From Azolla caroliniana (taxonomy: Eukaryota > Plantae > Polypodiophyta), in the NCBI GenBank assembly GCA_043228905.1, contig JBHGNT010000008.1:6882001-6946000 (forward strand): DNA of 64,000 bases, written 5' to 3'. The translations under genes were made by a program, and so were the position numbers. Below, one piece after another: positions 13,556-24,058 of this stretch (within the stretch, counting starts at the first letter, position 1; every line of letters starts with the position of its first letter). The notes below the pieces were generated by a model, which was given only the letters and a program-made list of their open reading frames with translations, did no database searches and had not been told where the DNA came from.

Positions 13556-16500
13556 CTATGCCTCAAAATCCTCAATTTTTACATTGCGCCATCTACATGA
13601 ATCTATAAGCAAATCAGGCACAACAGGCTCCTCTGGCGCTGATTGTTCTAGACTATTTTCATTCGTGTCATCTCCAAGCTCTCCCGAATCTGATGTATGG
13701 TCAAACTGTGCTACATCTTCCAGGTCCACCAGCTCCCCTGCTTCTTCATCAATTGGTTCCATTGGTTCTCGTGAAGTCATCTGGAACATCTCTGTCTCGT
13801 TGATGTGTTTTGCTCCGACTTCTTGATCCTGATCTGGACAGTCCCAGATTCCTGTGATCCTCATTTTGATGAAGTTAACTTGAGCAGGGTCCTTCTCCAA
13901 TGCAACACAGTTTCTAAACATCTTCAATGCACAAGTTGTCGTTGTACCTAATGGTCGCATGAACACAAACAAGTATATATTAGAAGTAACGTCTTAAACT
14001 TGATCGACAGGATTGAAATTAAATATATATATTATACCTGTGCCAGAGAACAAGTCTAGGACCCAATCATCTGGATTCGAGAAGAGCTCTATGATGCGGT
14101 TGATCAATCTTTGAGGTTTTTGATAAGGGTTCACCATACTTTTATCCCCTGACACATGTCTTAATTTTTTGGTTACAGCTGGGCACATGATGTAGTTAAC
14201 CACGTTACGCTCATTGACATGTGCTCTAGCTTTCTTCTTTATAATTGAATCATAGTAGCCCACACAAAAATGTTCGACCGCACTAACCATTCGATCGCCA
14301 GGGCTACGTGTAATATTTGTTTTGATCCTATAGAGAAAGAAAATCAAGCATTAGAGGTGTAAATGTGTACATATAATAAGAAGTATTGTAATGAGTAAAA
14401 GCGAACTATAACGCACCAATGCATGTGTTCAGTGGCATGACAACGGGACTTCAAAGCTGTTGTGACTAACAGTGATTGCCCCATGCTATGAAATATGACT
14501 ATCCTCCACAAGGGGGCCAATGTCAGTTCTGCGAAATCCTTTACCATTTTCTCGATCTGAGGGTACTTGAAAGGCACATCATCATATGTTGATCCCGCAA
14601 TACGAAAACCATATGGTATGTCAGCTATCAGCAAAGTGTAGTGCCTTCTCGGTAACAGTTCGAGCATCTGGGATACTTCGCCATTGAAAACACTATAATG
14701 AAGTTGTTTGAAAGGATTGGACCTATGCAAAAAACTCTTTACAGTCTCCGAATCCTCGAGCAGTTCCATTTCCTTCCCTTTGTTCATTCTCTTCTCATAT
14801 TTCGCACGTTCTAAGTGCGTGATGAAGGCCGCTGGAATACCGTCATTATTGTCGTTGTTCTTTTTCGATTTTGATGGTTTCTGCAAGTGTCATTGTTGTT
14901 AGCAAGGAACATTAGTTTCTAACATATCAACATTCAAAAGACACATACCCATTCTCTAAATACAATAAAATATTCCTCCAATGCCTTGTAGGAAGAAGTT
15001 ATTGGGCAGGCTTGTTCAACTTCTTCCCATGTCGGTAAACTCAGTTTTTGCATCATCAACTCCTGAATCTTCATGTATACCTTGTGACTGCACAATCAAT
15101 ATGAAATTAGAAATAAGATATTCAAAATAATTGAAGACTTTCATGAAAAGGTATACTATAAACACTTACTTTTGCAAGTCTGTTACCATCTCGTCCAAAC
15201 TAAATTCCTTGGCGACCACTCGAGATAGCACGGATATTAACAATCTATCATCTTTGATACCTTGTAATGATCTCCAAGGTAAAAGTTTCATGTCCTCTGC
15301 TAACTCCTTGATTACCAAGTCGCTTTTTCCCTTGGTCTTTGATTTCATCTCAACTTGTGGATCAATTCTTCCCTTTTTTGATCTTTGCCCCTTGACTTCT
15401 TTCCGCTCCCACATAGAGAATATTTTGTCTTGGAGATCCCACACCTCTCCGGTCCGAAAAGCTAGTTGAAACCAAGAATCATATTTTCGGAGACCTTCGG
15501 ATTTGGTACTCTCATCCACTGCAATCCCTACTTCCAATAAACACTGGCGTCGCAATCCAGGCCACAATCTTGGACCAAAACGATTCAAGGCATCCAGGTA
15601 TTCATGATGAAAAAATCTTATCCTCTCTATACATGACATTTTTTGCCTATAATCGTTGTCATTGTTATGGTCCCATGCGAGCAGCTTCGCCTCCTCGTGA
15701 GTTAGTCCTGCATATACCTTACATTCGGCGTACTTGAAGAACGGCGTGAGAGGATATTCTTTGACAAGCTATCGTCGAGCTTCGGCCGAATGTGATCCTC
15801 CGATTACATAGTATGTGTAATCGTCTGCAGAGCTATGCTTGAAATCTGTTACTGTTGGGCATTGTTCTTGATCAACTATTACCAAAAATGGCACCACAGT
15901 AGCGTGAGGATTGATTTTCATTTTGCTTTTTAGGTTTTGCACATGGACGGAGTGCGGCTCCCTAATTTCCAAGGGACGTCTTCCAGTCATGGGGTCAATG
16001 GGGGGCCTTTGGATAGAAGTAATGGGCAAATGAAATAGCTGGCCCCTGCGCACAAGTTTAGTCTTCATAATATTTTCTCTTATTTTATTTTGTTCTGACG
16101 TCAGGACACCAGAAGATAGTTGTCCGCCTGGAGCCACAACGTCGACTTGTTGGTCGTCTTCTTCTTCCACGAACTCTAATATTTCTTCTTCTTCTTCTTC
16201 AGGTCGTGGTCGTTTAGTATATTTCTTTTGAACAGGATTTGTCTTCCTAGACTTTTTCGGTGGAGTTTCTGCTTCACCGGTCATCATCTCTCCTTTCACG
16301 TACGGCCGAAGAGCTACCAACAAGTTATTTTTCGCTTGCAGGTCTTTACGCAAAGCCTTGGGATTGCAAGATTCAGGTACTAGGTTTCCCTCATCAAGTC
16401 GCAATCGCCTGTTGCCAATTGAGCTCGAGACGTCGATTAAAATACTTGTAGAGTCAATGTCTTTGTACTCTAGCTTGGTTACATGCCCATAATTAAATGT

Positions 16501-17233
16501 TTTTCCAAGCTGAAGTTTCCCTTCCCCGTCTGATTTTGCCGTTATCAATAACAGCACCCCATCCTCCTCGACATAAGAGAGACACCATTCAAGTTCGGGG
16601 TAATCCTTATATTTCACCTCAACCGTTTTCTCCTCTTGCGTACTACCTTTGTTGATTTTGGTAGTAGCCACAAATGACTTGGATCCTCCTTCCCCCGTTG
16701 AGTCAAATAAAATCTTTTTACTCGTGTCCTTGATGAAGGAGCCAGATTCTTGTTTTGTCGGAGATCGAATCTTCAATCTAAATGAAGGAACTTTTTGTCT
16801 GGGTTCACTGAAATTAAAAACGTTGGTGAAAACATAGAAACAACGTACAGTTTTATCTAAATCACGCAAATTATCATCTAAATTACGTCAATTTTATGGT
16901 CCCATGCGATAGTTTTTTATCGCAAAAACAACATTTTTTTCAACCAAAATCCGATGCACTGCATCGGATTTCGGTTGAAAGGCAGGACTTTCAACGCAAA
17001 TCCGATGCACTAAATCGGATTTCGGTTGAAAGGCATGATTTTCAACGCAAATCCGATGCACTGCATCGGATTTTCGTTGAAGGTCCTGCCTTTCAGAATT
17101 GCTTTCCAAGTTCGTTGTACAAAATAAAATAAAATTTCTATGTGTTGAGGAAAGGAATCTTTAAGGAATCTTTAGGAATCTTAAAAAATGCAAAGAATAT
17201 TACTAACAGGACGATTTTCTTTCCCTCGTTCAT
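13556..17233 (-). pseudogene. Six-exon gene: ParB/Srx-like domain fused to a beta-class N6A/N4C DNA methyltransferase (~982 aa, one in-frame TAG at 15769-15771)
   Basis: Exons 17233-17208, 16807-15170, 15087-14949, 14880-14417, 14327-14038, 13947-13556; all introns GT-AG and phase-consistent (2949 nt). Motifs YYVIGGSHSAEARR..VYAGLTHEEAKLLAWDHN, LLIADIPYG (IV), WIKTN, YQKPQRLINRII (X), VLDLFSGTGTT (I), ALEKD. Confidence 0.88.
16938..17095. repeat. Three ~51-bp tandem palindromic units in intron 1 of the methyltransferase gene
   Basis: TTTCAAC(C/G)..AAATCCGATGCA-C-TGCATCGGATTT..GTTGAAA repeated three times. Confidence 0.9.
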
Positions 17234-17530
17234 GGTTCGTGCCGGAGGTAGTGTTGTCGACGATGTGCTTCTGAGTGCTCGAAAATTGGCCTGTGCTCTG
17301 AGCTCGATGGATTCTTTCACGTGATAATGAAAATGAAATGTCTAACCTCCTTATATAGAAGACTTTAGCATTCCTTTTAAAATAAAAAATAATTTTTAAT
17401 TATTTGTTTTTTAGGAAAATGTCGGAAAATAATATAGTTAATCTAAGTGTTCGGGTAGTTATATAGTTAGGCTTTAGCATTCCTTAATTTTCTCAAAAGA
17501 AGGTTTTAGAATACAGTTAGACTCCCTCAA
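17234..17530. promoter_or_regulatory. Putative divergent promoter for methyltransferase (-) and transposase (+)
   Basis: ATGs 298 bp apart head-to-head; TATATAA on minus at 17351-17357; 14-bp direct repeat CTTTAGCATTCCTT at 17363 and 17472. Confidence 0.55.
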
Positions 17531-19837
17531 ATGTCTTCTTCTACAAGTAGAACATCTCTTTTTTCTATTGCCCCCTTTTCATTGTCAAACAACTCGTATT
17601 TCTCAATAGAAGAGTACAACCACAAAAAACATTCGCGGCTTAAACAAAAAAGTGTGGCTCCTAGTACTTCGAATTCTTTGTTTTCAATTGATCCTGTTGA
17701 TGGCCCTCTTCATGCAAGCTTACAAGCGGACGATTCTTTGTCGATAGATAACAATAGCATTACTAAACCTCTAGCATTTAAAAGAGTTCCTCGACAAGTT
17801 AGTGAAAAGAGATTTAATTTCTTATGTTCTGATCATCAACTTCTATGCGACTTGAACAAATCGTGTTGTGCGAATCTCTATCTATCAACTTATGGAAAGT
17901 CAAGGTTACGTGAAACACGACAAAAATACTTGTCGCTTAATGGGGAAAAGCAAGATACATTTCTTCTTTCGCATATGCAACTTAAATTGGATCACAAAGC
18001 AGGGCCTAATTCAACGCAAGTTGAATATTTCCTTGGACTAAATACCAAGTGTTGTCGAGCAGCGTTTAAAAAGTATGGCCAAGGGTGGAAAATCAGATGT
18101 AGAGATCAAGAATTACAAGAACCTATTAAAAGAACATCGTGAAAGTCAGGCATTGGAACGTATTAAGGCTATGCATCATCGACAAAAAGCGTTTCAATCT
18201 CCCGAAAAGTATATGTGCATGATTATTGACGGCATGGATCAAAAGAAAACTTGTTTGCCACATTTTCAAAGACTCCCCAAGGATATTGGAGATGAGTGTC
18301 TCGTGCAAATGCATCTAGTGGGTTGTTTGACATATTGTCAAATTATAAGACCGCAAGTGTTCTTAACTTATCCCAATATCCACAACGACCCTAATCTTAC
18401 TGTCCTGTCATGCACAGGGTATTGCAATCATGGTCAGGTATACTCCGGCCAGTTCTATATGTGCAACTAGACAACACAGCAAGAGAGAATAAGAACTCAA
18501 CTGTCTTCGGCTATCTAAGCATGCTAGTAGAGAGGGGCATATTTAAAAAGATAAAGGTTAACTTCTTGTTGGTTGGTCATACCCATGATCACATAGATCA
18601 AATGTTCAGTAGTTTCTCAAAGAAACTTGCTCGCTGTAATGCTTTCACACTTCCCACGCTATCCAAATTGATTAGTGAAGCATATACACCAAAGCCTGAA
18701 GTACAACACTTGGAAGAAGTATACGACTTTAAACGTTTCTGCATGGATAGTGACGGGACTAAAGGTAGGGTGCTTGCACCTCTTAATAATATAAGTTTCA
18801 ACCATGTCTTCCTCATAAAACAAAGATCGGCCCACCTCAAGATGACGGTGTTGTTTGCGAAACAATACTCATCTAGTGCACAATGGGAGCCCCAAGAAGG
18901 TTGTAGGCTCCTTCTTCATATCCCAGATGAACCTCTACATGGTGCACAACAAATGCCATATGATGATCGTAAAAATGTAGCACCAAATAGTACTATTGAT
19001 GAACAAAGGGCATATTGGTTAAGATGTCTAGCAGAGAAACAAAATAATATTGATCGGACTAAGAAGTATGTCGGTGATGAGGATGTTGAATGGTGGGAGA
19101 TTTTCTTCACCCATCAACGCACCATTTTAGATAATTACATCGTCGGTTTATGGCCAATCCGTATCCCATTCACATGGAACATTGGGATGACATCAACGAT
19201 ATCGCAGACTCATCACCAACAATCGAATAATATGGAGCTTCACGATTTAGTTCGGCCACTGCAAAGAGATATTTATGTGGGACCAAGAAAGTCACGTACT
19301 ATTGAGGCAAGATGGCAAGGTAATTTGCAAGAACTACAAGTGGGAATGTTGGTTGCAACATTAGCAGGGGACAATACCTTGGGCCATCCATTTTGGATTG
19401 CAAAAATTATTGAATTAGTAAGGGATGAAGAAAGTAGTCAGACAAAGTCAATAGTAGTCCACTGGTATCAGACAAATTCACTTGATGCATTTACAGGAAA
19501 GTATTCTTTAGAGATGGTTAAGGATGTCGGATGTTCAAGCAGAAAGAGAAGAAGAAAGAATATACCGAGCGTGGCTACTCTCGCACTAGACCATGTTGAC
19601 ATACCAGTATATGACTTCTCATTGACAAAATCAGGTCATCTAAGACAAGCAACTATCAAGATAATAAAGGAGAAAATCCCAAACATGGTGTCAAACGAAA
19701 TACAGAGAATAACCAGAAGCAATTCTCATAACCAAAAAGATGTTGGGTTGGAATTGGATGAGGATAATGCTTTGATTGCCACTGATGATGAGGATGAGAC
19801 GTCAGAATGCTCTTCTAGTCCATCAGACATGTCTTAA
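17531..19837 (+). pseudogene. Sola-like (DUF7869-type) DDD transposase, disrupted at ~18072 and ~18405
   Basis: Motifs KSCC..., CCRAAFKK, IIDGMDQKKT, QLDNTARENKN, FLLVGHTHDHIDQMF spread over three reading frames; lies inside the TIRs. Confidence 0.82.
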
Positions 19838-20127
19838 TATATTGGTTTGGTTCAAGCTGGGGATTGTTTTACTACATGATCGGAAACTTTGTAAATTTGT
19901 TTTGGATATAAACTCACGAATATGTATAATTGTAACTGGTAGACATGTTGTACATTATTTTGTAATTTTGGTGATGTATTTTTGGAGGCATTTTACTTAT
20001 GCCTCAAAGTGGTAGTCATGTTGAAATTCAATATATTTTGCCACCTTTTCTTAAAAGCTTTACGCATGCGTCGTGTCTTTTTGAAAACTGCGTGCTTTTG
20101 TGCCCTTTTTCGACGTAGTGTTCTCAT

Positions 20128-20164
20128 AATGCGACATATTACCTGTTTCAAATGACCCGGTGTT
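20128..20164 (-). repeat. Right TIR
   Basis: AATGCGACATATTACCTGTTTCAAATGACCCGGTGTT followed by TSD CTTC. Confidence 0.95.
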
Positions 20165-20665
20165 CTTCACTTCCGCGTGCATATGGACGACGACGACCCG
20201 ACAAAAGAACTCCACCCTCAACGCCTCGTCTACGTCTTGCTTCTCCATTTCCACGTTGTAGGCTTCCAAGTAGAATGGGACCTTGTCCCCATTGAAACGG
20301 CCGACTCTTTCGACTACTCGCTCCACCGCTTGTTGCATCGTCTCTCTTCTTGTTGTTGCTCGTCCAAACTCCCTCACCGCCTCGACGAAAAGTTTTCTGA
20401 AGTCATCTTCTTCCAACTCCATTCTCCCTTGCCGCCCTTCACGTTGGGTTCACCAAAGATGTCACGTTATTACGCGTGTGCATGTAGAAGGGTGGGACCA
20501 CGGGGGTCTCAGACTAGGGAGAAAGGGATGCCGAGAAACCGACTACCGACACGTCCCAGAGGCACATGGTGCACATGGTGCACTCCGTCGATTCTTTCAA
20601 TATTCCCTGGTTTCTCACTATGGCATGGAATCTTCACGACAACGCACTCGCGGATTACCGCAACA

Positions 20666-21186
20666 CCAGAGAGAAGGGTGCCGATGAGGCCGACCTATGA
20701 AAAATTCCTAGCATATAGTTGGATCTATAAACGGATGATAACCCGAATTTGATTGATGAAGCCATGAAAATACACCCTCATGCTATTGAATTTGTCAGGT
20801 CGAATGACGGTAGGTTCGAGGACATATGGATGGGAAGGGGAAATGGTTGGGCTTGGTGTTGACGGCGGCGGGTGTGGCTCGGCGAGTGATGGGTTTTGGG
20901 GTGTGTCGGTTTGATGCTCTCATAATGAATCCCGAAGGATTTCACTTTCTAGTTGAAGTTGTTGTAAGGTTTCCATTACTTGGTTTAGGTTGTCAACGGA
21001 GTCGAACATGGTAGCAAGAAGAGGAAGTGGAAGAAACTGTCATGGATGAGTAGCATAGAGCAGAACCAAGACGAGATTAAGTACTAAGAGAGTGAATAGA
21101 CAAGAGAAACACAAAAAGAATTAAAGTTATGATTTCGTAACTAGTATTGTTCACATTTATTAGAATCAAGGTGCACATGAGTATTT
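20666..21186 (-). mobile_element. Old Tcn1-like chromovirus remnant: gag N-terminus (20666-21009) and start of 5' LTR (from ~21038)
   Basis: Manual translation from ATG 21009 gives ..EPTVIRPDKFNSMRVYFHGFINQIRVII..VGLIGTLLSG with stops, homologous to gag 53608-54771 (EPKISLPAKFDGSRAHFRGFLNQVR..VGLVGTLLTG). Confidence 0.75.
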
Positions 21187-21541
21187 TGTAGAGAATCGAT
21201 TGGCCACAACTGGTTAATATTAGTGCATATGCGGGTGCAAGAAACGAGAATAATAGTACACAGACAAACAGAAACAGAAACATGGAGACAAGATATTTTA
21301 ATAGGGAAAACCCGGAAAGGGAAAAAGCCACGAGAGTAAACAAACTCCAAACTTTATCACTATGTAAGTAAGGTATACAACAAGACACTCAAAGGCAACG
21401 ACCTATAGTTCTTCTTCGTTAGGCCGACGTTTGTAGAGGAGTCACTCCCACACTCTCTCTTGCTCTCTTACTCTCACTTAGTTATAGGGGCAACAACCAA
21501 CAATGACTATGCAATAATAATCAACAACTACTTTCCCTAAC

Positions 21542-24058
21542 TGTTTAGAGGTGGGGGAGTGGAGCCAAGATCGGCTCCACCCCCCCTCCCAAGGGGGTTC
21601 AAATGTGAGGGGAGAGAGGGAAATATGCACACACAGAGAATTGAGACAAACACGGTTTGAGGGTAACTTCAATATATTTTTCCTTTTTTTCCATGCCCCA
21701 TGGGTGGGGTTTAAATAGTACAAGATCTTATCATATAAAAAGCCGAGTGAGGGTAGTTAGACCTACTTACCCCACCTAACACTCACACATTCACATTTTA
21801 TATTACACCTTACACACCACCTTCCACATTACAACTAACCCTCCTGTACACCGATACAGGTAACACCTGGCACGCCCGTGGGACCATGCATTGCACGTCA
21901 TACCCACAAGCCCATGCCAAAAATTCGTTGACCGGAAACTCCATCGGTCTTCTCTTGACGGTCGGAAATCCCTCGACCGGATTACTGCTCTACGATCAAT
22001 AACTTCGATCGGAGCTGGCTTGACACGAACCTTCTCGTTCAGTCAGCATATCGCACGATTGAATCACACATAACAATCGACAACGGTTTGGTTTGGTTTG
22101 GTTCGATTTGAGAGGGTCCAAACCAAACCGTTTAATTTTTTTGAAACCTAAACCAAACCAAACCGTGAAACTGTTAAACCGAACCAGTAAACCTTTTTCA
22201 AACCATCAAACCATTAAACCGTAAAAACCACAGTTTTGTGGTTCGGTTTCGGTTTTCAACATAGGTCAAATTTTTTATTTTTTATTTTTTATTTTTTAAA
22301 ATTTTTAACATTTCATTAAGGTCTAAAAATGAAAAGATTCTTTAAAACCAAATTTCAAAATTTTTTATATTTTTTTTTAAAATTTTACAAAAAATTTTTT
22401 AAAATTTAAAAATTAAAAATAAAAAACCGTTAAACCGTTTAAACCGTGGTTTTTGACTATTCACTCTCTATTCTATTGACACTACGCCGATTGTCTCTTC
22501 GCCGGTTGTTCTCAGCCACGTCTCTCGGCCATCTCTCAATCGTCTCGCAGTTGTCCCTCGGTTAGCGCTTGTTCGACTGGCTCTCAGCGGGTTCTCGGCC
22601 CTCTCACGCGGCCGTGTCTTGGCCATAACTCAGCCCCTTCTTGGTTGTGACATACTCTCAGTCGTGTTGTACTCTCGGCCCTTTCTTGGTCATGCCGCAC
22701 TCTCGGCCCTTTCTAGGTCGTGGCTACACCATCTCGTGGCTGTCACTCGGCTTCTCGGCCGATCCTCTGGTTCACGGCTGCTTTCTCGGTCATGCTTGGG
22801 CCGACTCTCGGCTTCTTGGCCATGGCTGGGCCATCTCATGGCTATCGCTCGGCTTCTTGACCAATTCTTTGGTTCACGGCAGCTTTCTCGGTTGTGCTTG
22901 GGCCGAATCTTGGCTTCTCAGCCGTGGTTGGGTTTATTTGTGGCTGTTTTGGTTTTCGGTTGATTGTCTGATGTCGGTCATCTTCATCTAGATGGTTGCC
23001 GAACCATCTGTAGGGCCAGCCTGATCTGGTGGGCTGAACTCTCTAGCTCTCTCAGTTGGGCGACCTCTTCTCAACTGCTTTCCAAGCCGTCTCCCAGGCA
23101 ACACTTGCTCGGTCGGCGCTCAGATTACATTTCTGTTTTGTTCGCTTTCTCTTTTGCTTCCTCATATTCTTCCAACATGCTCCCAAATCCATTTTCCATG
23201 AGTTGAAAAACAACAGAATACTTCCTCTTCACGACTTCCACGTCTCCATGGTGATTCACTCCCATGACTGTGTCTAGCTTCTTTTTGAAAGTCTTCATGT
23301 TTAACTTGGAGATTCAAAGTGGAGAGAAGAAGGTTGAAGATGCACACATACAACATAGACAAACATGAACCTAGAGACATAGAGAGCTAAACACATAGAG
23401 ACGAACTTTGGGGTGGCTAGGGTTTTTGGCAGAGAGAGTATCGAAAAGGGGAGGAGGTTGAAAGGCCATGTCCATCAGGCCTTAGATACATTAGAAATAG
23501 AAGCAAGAGAAATCTTCATTGCCATCGCAGATTGGCTCTCAACAGAGAGTCCATACACACCACTTTCTAACACAAAGACACAAACACGCAGAGAAGGAGA
23601 CAGACACAAGAGAGATTAGTGATGGAGACAGAAGGAGACAGAGAGATTAGTGATGGAGACAGAGAAGGAGAGAGACTTCTTCTCAAGGGGGGTAGGCCGT
23701 AGAGCGTGCCATGTGTTTAAAGGTGGGGGGGTGGAGCCCATCTTGGCTCCACCTCCCCTCCCAAGGGGGTTCAAATGTGAGGGGAGAGAGGGAAAGATGC
23801 ACAGAGAGAGTGAGTGAGTGAGAGAGAGAGAATTGAGACAAACACGATTTGAGGGTAATTTCAATATTTTTTTCCTTTTTTTCCATGCCCTACAGGTGGG
23901 GTTTAAATAATACAAAATCTTATCATTATAAAAAGCCGAGTGAGGGTAGTTACACCTACTTACCCTACCTAACACTCACACATTCACATTTCATATTACA
24001 CCTTACACACCACATTCCACATTACACCTAACCCTCCCGTACACCTATACGGGTAACA
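21542..24058 (+). mobile_element. Non-coding LTR element (TRIM/LARD-like) with tRNA-Arg-type PBS
   Basis: LTRs 21542-21865 and ~23714-24058; TSD CTAAC; PBS TGGCACGCCCGTGGGAC at 21868; G-run PPT at ~23685; no protein homology inside. Confidence 0.82.
22082..22453. repeat. AAACC(G)/CGGTTT-rich AT-rich block, MITE/hAT/Helitron-like fragment
   Basis: Dense AAACCG/GGTTT motifs in both orientations around an A/T tract; no clear termini. Confidence 0.5.

Larger units (their letters stand above)
12835..20164 (+). mobile_element. Sola-like cut-and-paste DNA transposon carrying a ParB-methyltransferase cargo gene
   Basis: 37-bp TIRs (12835-12871 and 20128-20164, one mismatch); TSD CTTC on both sides; removing it restores the B1 gag (compare ~10005-10022); DDD transposase inside; AT-rich versus GC-rich flanks. 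Confidence 0.92.
4055..20641 (-). mobile_element. Non-autonomous gypsy-type LTR element B1 (gag only), host of element B2 and the DNA transposon
   Basis: 3' LTR 4055-4810 with polypurine tract (PPT) GGTGGGGGCAGA; internally deleted 5' LTR 20460-20641; PBS matching the tRNA-Trp 3' end at ~20438-20455; TSD ACGT/ACGC; gag split at 12834/20165. Confidence 0.85.

Noticed and set aside
16938-17095. CRISPR-like appearance of the palindromic repeats
   Set aside because: Spacers are ~8 bp and nearly identical, there are no cas genes, and the context is a eukaryotic intron
13556-17233. Bacterial contamination or a restriction-modification system as the source of the methyltransferase
   Set aside because: The gene has five phase-consistent GT-AG introns, lies inside TIRs/TSD within a plant retroelement, and has no restriction endonuclease neighbour
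18073-18100. Intron explaining the first transposase frameshift
   Set aside because: The GT..AG interval would be under 30 nt; a deletion is more plausible
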